From: an uncultured delta proteobacterium
GTDB lineage: Bacteria; Myxococcota_A; Polyangia; Haliangiales; Haliangiaceae
Direction: 5' to 3'
Assembly: GCA_963848295.1 (NCBI GenBank)
Contig: CAWKDB010000004.1
Span: forward strand, 128,001-192,000
Length of the DNA stretch: 64,000 bases
Position numbers and translations under genes: made by a program. The notes beneath the pieces were generated by a model, which was not told the origin of the DNA, made no database searches, and was given only the letters and a program-made list of their open reading frames with translations. Of this stretch, positions 58,980-64,000 are shown piece after piece (within the stretch, counting starts at the first letter, position 1; each line of letters starts with the position of its first letter).

Positions 58980-59999
58980 TCAACCCGCCGCCGCGCGCTC
59001 GATCTCGCCGATGATCATCATCCGCTCTGCCTCGGGCAAGAACGCTGCATGCGCCGCGTTCTCGCACAGCTTGACGATCTCGTGGGCGGTCAGCTTGAGC
59101 GCCTCCGCGGTCTGCCGGAAGTTCTCCGCGATGTAGCCGCCGAAGTACGCCGGGTCGTCGCTGTTGATCGTGACGTGCACGCCCTTGCGGAGCAGGCGCG
59201 CGAGGTTGTGCTCGGTGAGGCTCTTGATGACGCGCAGCTTGAGGTTCGACAGCGGGCAGACGGTGAGCGCGATCCGCTTGCGTGCGAGCTCGTCGACCAG
59301 CGACGGATCCTCTTCGCACCGAACGCCGTGGTCGATGCGCTCGACGTGGAGCTGATCGATCGCTTCGCGGATGTACGACGCCGGGCCTTCTTCGCCCGCG
59401 TGCGCGACGAGGTGGAGGCCGTGCTCGCGCGCCTTCGCGAACACGCGCGCGAACTGGCTCGGCGGATGGCCGCGCTCGCCGGAGTCGAGGCCGACGCCGA
59501 TGAATTCGCTGCGATACGGCAGCGCGGCCTCGAGCGTATCGAACGCGTCTTGCTCGGACAGGTGGCGCAGGAAGCACAGGATCAGATTCGACGTGATGCC
59601 GTACTGCTTGTGGGCGTCGTGCATCGCATCGCGCAGTCCGCCGATCACGACCTCGAGCGAGATGTTGCGCGCGGTGTGCGTCTGCGGGTCGAAGAACAGC
59701 TCCGCGTGCACGACGCCGTCGGCGTGCGCGTGTTTGAAGTACGCCGCCGCGAGCGCCTTGAAGTCGCTGCGATCGCGCAACACGTCGCAGCCGGCGTAGT
59801 ACAGGTCCAAGAACGATTGCAGATCCGCGAAGTCATACGCGGCGCGGACCGCCGCGACCGATTCATACGGCAGCTTCGCTCCGTGCTTGGCCGCGAGCTC
59901 GAACATCAGCTCGGGCTCGAGCGTGCCTTCGATGTGGAGATGGAGCTCGACCTTCGGCAGACGGCGGATCAAGGCTTCGCGGGCGGGGTCGAGCGGCAT
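58980..59999 (-). CDS. Adenosine/adenine deaminase
   Basis: PKVELHLHIEGTLEP, AHAGEEG, RIDHG, TVCPLSN, NSDDPAYFGG. Confidence 0.95.
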   Translation of the reverse strand: MPLDPAREALIRRLPKVELHLHIEGTLEPELMFELAAKHGAKLPYESVAAVRAAYDFADLQSFLDLYYAGCDVLRDRSDFKALAAAYFKHAHADGVVHAELFFDPQTHTARNISLEVVIGGLRDAMHDAHKQYGITSNLILCFLRHLSEQDAFDTLEAALPYRSEFIGVGLDSGERGHPPSQFARVFAKAREHGLHLVAHAGEEGPASYIREAIDQLHVERIDHGVRCEEDPSLVDELARKRIALTVCPLSNLKLRVIKSLTEHNLARLLRKGVHVTINSDDPAYFGGYIAENFRQTAEALKLTAHEIVKLCENAAHAAFLPEAERMMIIGEIERAAAG

Positions 60000-60085
60000 G
60001 TAGAGGAGGCTACTACCCCGCTACCCGCTACGACCACCGTCCTACGATGGTTCGTCGCGGACCAAAGGTATAGGCTCGAGTCTGG

Positions 60086-62707
60086 ATGGGGGTTGGGGAG
60101 AAGATTGGCGCTGGCGCTGGACCATCCGGCGCGGAGCGGTCAGGTCATCCGGAGGGCGCCGCATCCGACGGCACCACCGTAGCAGCGGTGAGCGCGTTGC
60201 TCGCACGCAACGGCTCGCCGATGGAGGTCGCCGACATTCTGTCGAGCCATCCGCAGGATCAAAGCGCGGTGATGCTGCTGCTCCACACCACGCGCGGGAA
60301 CAGCTACGTCCAGCAGGTCACGACCGCGATGGGGAGCTCGAAGCGCACCTCGTCCGCTCATGATCCGATCGACGGGAGCCCAGCCGCGCAGCTCGCGCTC
60401 GATCGTCCGCCGCGATCGCCGAACGAACGGAAGCACGAGCACGTCGCTCTCGCCGAGCATTCGATCGAGGCGCTGCGACGATCAGTCACCGGTACGCTCG
60501 GCACGCTGATCCCGGGGTACGTCGCGGCACGCAACAACCTCGATACCGCGTCGGTCGCCGAGCTTGGAGGCCGACTGCTCGGCGCCTTCAATGTCATGCA
60601 CGGCGCCAAGTGCGCGTTCGACAAGCTCGCGCCCGCGCAACAGAGTGTCCCCGGTGGAACTGCGGAGAGCGATCTCGCAGCCGCAGGGCGTGAAACGTCG
60701 TTGCACGCGAACGCCGATGCGATCGCGAACCTGATCGGTCCGACGGACATCGCGATCGCCAGGACGCTCACTCCGCACGTGTTTCGCGGCACTGAAGTCG
60801 CGGGCCACGAGGTCAGCGTTCAGCTCGTAGGCGACATGGGCACCGACACCGCGAAGCTCGCGGGCGAGCTCGAGCGCACGATCGACATGCTGTCACTCGT
60901 CGAGGAGCTGAGCGCGTCGCTGAAAGGCAAAGGTGGTCTCGAGCGTTCGAAGCTGGATGCCGGGCGCTACAAGATCGCCGCGTGGGCCGGGCGCCCGCTC
61001 GATATCGCGTTTCTTCGGGCCGCGCTCGGTCGCGTGTGGGACGTCTACGACGCAACGGCGGAGGGGCCGATGTTGGAGAAACCCAGCGATGCGCTCGAGG
61101 AGGCGACCAAGCACGCCGCGCATACCGGATGGCTCGCCGACACGGGGCGGTTCGACCTCAATACGGCGTGCACGATGATCGAGGGCGGCATGGCCGAGGC
61201 CGCGCTCGGCGATCTCTACACCGCAGATCCGGACACGCGCGCGAGACTGCTGATCGAGATCCAGCAGCGCGGGCTGTTCGACAAGTTCTGCGACGCGTTC
61301 GGATGGCAAGAGCTCAAGCAGCTGCACGACAGCCTCGGCTACGGCTTCTCCGACCTCCGGCACGCGCTCCAGGCGAAGTTCACAGGCAAGGGCAAGTTCG
61401 GACCGACGTACGACAGCGAGTGGGAGAACCATGACAGCTCGCTGCACCATCTCGTCGGGAGCGTTCCCGGTGTCGGCGGTGCCCTGAACTTCGCGCTCGA
61501 TGTCGGCACGTTCGGGTTCAACTCGAGCTACGGCAAGGCGCTCGATGACGAGTCGGAAGGGCTCATCTCGTCCGACGAAGCGCGTGCCGAGCGCCACAAT
61601 GCGTGGGCGCGGATGGCTGCCGTCGCCATGGTCTCGACGATCACCGGTGGCGTCGCCGACAAGTTCGTCCGCGGCGGAGCCGCGACGGTCTCGACCGCTC
61701 GGGCGATCGCCGGCGGCGCGGCCGCGGGCGGCTTCGTCGGGACGAGCGCACTGCTTGCGTCGGACACTTACAACGTCTACGGGGCCGGCACGCAAAGCTC
61801 GCTGTCATCGCCATCGGCCTACGTCGAGACCGCGCTGATCGGCGGCTTGGTCGGCGGCGCGATCGGTGGGGTGACGAGCGGCTTGAGTCGCCGAGCCGCC
61901 GAATACACCTCCAACTCCGAGGTCGGCGCTCGGCCGGACGTCGCAACGGCAGCGCCATCGGTCGGAGCCGAACCGGTTGTGGTTGAACCACGGATCTCGG
62001 CCGCCGCGCGAGCCTCGGGCCTCGACCTCGGTGCCCTCACGCCCGTTCAGCGCACGCTGCTCGAGGCCGCGGACGGAGCGCTCGAGCGCGGCAACATCTC
62101 CGAGAGCGCGAAGCTGTTCGACGAGCTAGCGAACGGGGGTGTTCCGAAGGAGACCGTTGCCACGCTAGAGAACGAACTTGCGCGAACGCTAGGCAAGACG
62201 CCGCCGAGCGTGTACCGGGATCCCAAAGCAACGCTCCCGAACGGCGCGGAGGTTCCGCCGTCGGTTTGGGGCGGCGTCAAATACTACGGGACCAGCGAGA
62301 TTCCTCCAGAGATCGCCTTTGCCGACGGATTTCCGGGGCGAGGCAGCGACACCGATCTCTTGCAGCATTCCCAAGGAGCTCTAGACCGGGCATTCCGCGG
62401 CACCACCGAATACCTTGTCAGTCCCGATGGACAAGCTGGCGCGGGCGCGTGGGCGGAGGAGGGCGGCTGGGTCTACAAGATCGACGGAACGCCGAGCTGG
62501 GACCTGAACGCAGAGCTCGAAGGCCGCGTGCCACAGTCTGACGGGAGCTTTGGCGGGAATCGAATGCACGGCGAACACGAGCATTCAGTTCTTGCGAACA
62601 TCCCGAAGGAACGCATCATCGGAGCGTTCAAGATGACTGTCGATGCGAATGGGACCCTCAGACCCGGCCCGATGATTTCGAATCCGAACTACGTACCGAT
62701 AACGTAA
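60086..62707 (+). CDS. Polymorphic-toxin-like protein: unnamed N-terminal domain, Gly-zipper hydrophobic helices, C-terminal scabin/pertussis-like ADP-ribosyltransferase
   Basis: C-terminus PPEIAFADGF..FRGTT..GWVYKID..DLN..GEHEHSV..IPKERIIG..NPNY; GxxxG helices at ~61450-61890. Confidence 0.7.
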   Translation: MGVGEKIGAGAGPSGAERSGHPEGAASDGTTVAAVSALLARNGSPMEVADILSSHPQDQSAVMLLLHTTRGNSYVQQVTTAMGSSKRTSSAHDPIDGSPAAQLALDRPPRSPNERKHEHVALAEHSIEALRRSVTGTLGTLIPGYVAARNNLDTASVAELGGRLLGAFNVMHGAKCAFDKLAPAQQSVPGGTAESDLAAAGRETSLHANADAIANLIGPTDIAIARTLTPHVFRGTEVAGHEVSVQLVGDMGTDTAKLAGELERTIDMLSLVEELSASLKGKGGLERSKLDAGRYKIAAWAGRPLDIAFLRAALGRVWDVYDATAEGPMLEKPSDALEEATKHAAHTGWLADTGRFDLNTACTMIEGGMAEAALGDLYTADPDTRARLLIEIQQRGLFDKFCDAFGWQELKQLHDSLGYGFSDLRHALQAKFTGKGKFGPTYDSEWENHDSSLHHLVGSVPGVGGALNFALDVGTFGFNSSYGKALDDESEGLISSDEARAERHNAWARMAAVAMVSTITGGVADKFVRGGAATVSTARAIAGGAAAGGFVGTSALLASDTYNVYGAGTQSSLSSPSAYVETALIGGLVGGAIGGVTSGLSRRAAEYTSNSEVGARPDVATAAPSVGAEPVVVEPRISAAARASGLDLGALTPVQRTLLEAADGALERGNISESAKLFDELANGGVPKETVATLENELARTLGKTPPSVYRDPKATLPNGAEVPPSVWGGVKYYGTSEIPPEIAFADGFPGRGSDTDLLQHSQGALDRAFRGTTEYLVSPDGQAGAGAWAEEGGWVYKIDGTPSWDLNAELEGRVPQSDGSFGGNRMHGEHEHSVLANIPKERIIGAFKMTVDANGTLRPGPMISNPNYVPIT

Positions 62708-62709
62708 CC

Positions 62710-63348
62710 ATGGCATCCGCCGACGACCTACTCGCTGAGGCTGCCGAGATCAATGCGAGCGATCCTGATCGAGCGCTAGCGCTTCGCCGTCAAGTCGCGG
62801 CTGGGAATCCCAGTATCGCCTGGTCGAAAGCGCACATGGATCTTGCGTCGAAAGACTTCGACAACGGTGATTATGCCGGTGTGATCGCGCACGCGAAAGC
62901 GGTCCTTAGTGCTCCTGCTTCGGCCGTAGATCCGGGCGCGCAGGCCGTTGCTGGGGTGATGTTGTGTGGCGAGCTTTCGAGCGGAGGCCAGGCGGTCGAC
63001 GAGGCGCTACTCGCAGCAAGCACGACAGCTGCTGAAGCTAACAATCTTCCTTATTACGCGGGGCTTGGATTCAATCACATCGCGCGACTCCATCTCGCCC
63101 GTGGCGAACGCGACGACGCGCGTTCTGCGTTGGAACGCGCTGCCGATTTGTTCGAACGCGCGCGATCGCTGAGTGCGGCAAGTGTGTTGTTGCGGCTCGC
63201 GGAGCTCGATCTCGAGGACAGCAACCGGGAAGACGCGCGCAGCCACCTCGACCGTGGTCTCGCATGGCTGTCGTCGTTTCCGGTTAGCGGCAAGAGCCTC
63301 CGGTTACTGCGCGACAAACTTCAGAAGCTGAGCGCACAGGTTCCGTAG
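62710..63348 (+). CDS. TPR-like helical protein, candidate immunity protein
   Basis: Starts 2 nt after the toxin stop; ARSALERAADLF and ARSHLDRGL TPR helices; more A/T-ending codons than neighbours. Confidence 0.65.
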   Translation: MASADDLLAEAAEINASDPDRALALRRQVAAGNPSIAWSKAHMDLASKDFDNGDYAGVIAHAKAVLSAPASAVDPGAQAVAGVMLCGELSSGGQAVDEALLAASTTAAEANNLPYYAGLGFNHIARLHLARGERDDARSALERAADLFERARSLSAASVLLRLAELDLEDSNREDARSHLDRGLAWLSSFPVSGKSLRLLRDKLQKLSAQVP

Positions 63349-63446
63349 ATGTTCGCGCTCACGGGCGCCAACGGTAAGAGCTTCGAGGTCGTCGCCGCGA
63401 CCGGATCGATCGGCCGTCGCGACCCGCGGATGGTATCGCGCTCGGT

Positions 63447-63694
63447 TCACCGTCCAGCGTCGCATAGCTCTGTACGCAGCTCTCCGTGCGCATCGTCGGC
63501 GTCGATCAACTCGACGCGGTTATCGGTGACGTCTTTCATGTGCCGCTCGATTTGCTTCGACCACTCGCGCTCCCATTCCGGATCGAGCGATTCATCGACG
63601 AGGCTCTCGTAGAGCTCGTTGGCCAGCTCTTGCCGCTCCTCAGGAGGAGCGTCAACTCTTCGCGCCGAAGCTCGGGCCCGATCGGCATCATCAT
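63447..63694 (-). pseudogene. Addiction-module antitoxin (TIGR02574-like), frameshifted near 63645-63650
   Basis: Manual translation: MMMPIGPELRREELTL / PPEERQELANELYESL..DPEWEREWSKQIERH..VELID. Confidence 0.65.
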
Positions 63695-63843
63695 CAGAGT
63701 ACCCGATACCAGAGCCAGGCGATGCAGACGTACTCAGCGCGTCCGCGCGCGGACCGCGTCGACAGCCGCGACGGAAGTGATGCGGCGAGGGCCACTTGTG
63801 CCTTGCCCGGCGCGCGCAGCGCGGCTAGGGTCGCCAATCGCAC

Positions 63844-64000
63844 ATGACCGACGCCGCTCCCGCCCCCGTCTCGTTCGATCCGGTGCCCGCGCTCGTCCGC
63901 GAGCTCGGCTTGCCCGCGCACGGCGTGGCCGCGGTGGTGGCGATGCTGGACGAGGGCAACACGGTCCCGTTCATCGCGCGCTATCGCAAGGAGCGTACCG
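63844..64000 (+). CDS. tex: Tex-like RNA-binding transcription accessory protein, 5' part
   Basis: MLDEGNTVPFIARYRKERT. Confidence 0.92.
   Translation, partial: MTDAAPAPVSFDPVPALVRELGLPAHGVAAVVAMLDEGNTVPFIARYRKERT

Overview
GC-rich bacterial chromosomal window with about 60 CDSs. The gene set (GltJ/AgmX-like zinc-ribbon/GYF proteins, Hanks kinases, many Asp-Ala-linker lipoproteins) suggests a myxobacterium; this is inference. Housekeeping genes include RNase II-like, glnII, crcB with a fluoride riboswitch, LemA/TPM, isobutyryl-CoA mutase-type large subunit, Nif3-hisZ-purA, ATP-dependent ligase, adenosine deaminase and Tex. No rRNA, tRNA, CRISPR array or transposase was seen. Main leads: (1) an unnamed ~55-aa N-terminal domain (LLL-x4-GN-x-YVQ-x-V) shared by two unrelated proteins without signal peptides, a tyrosine/dual-specificity phosphatase and a polymorphic-toxin-like ADP-ribosyltransferase with an adjacent candidate immunity gene, which may be an effector-targeting signal; (2) a translationally coupled four-lipoprotein redox operon (P460-fold cytochrome, unknown ~785-aa protein, beta-propeller/di-heme peroxidase-like protein, small lipoprotein) whose unknown core pair is duplicated ~16 kb away without the cytochromes; (3) a candidate sigma54-dependent sRNA between convergent genes; (4) a kinase-pseudokinase-phosphoesterase operon. 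Three single-base frameshifts may be assembly errors. Family assignments come from motif recognition only; no searches were run.
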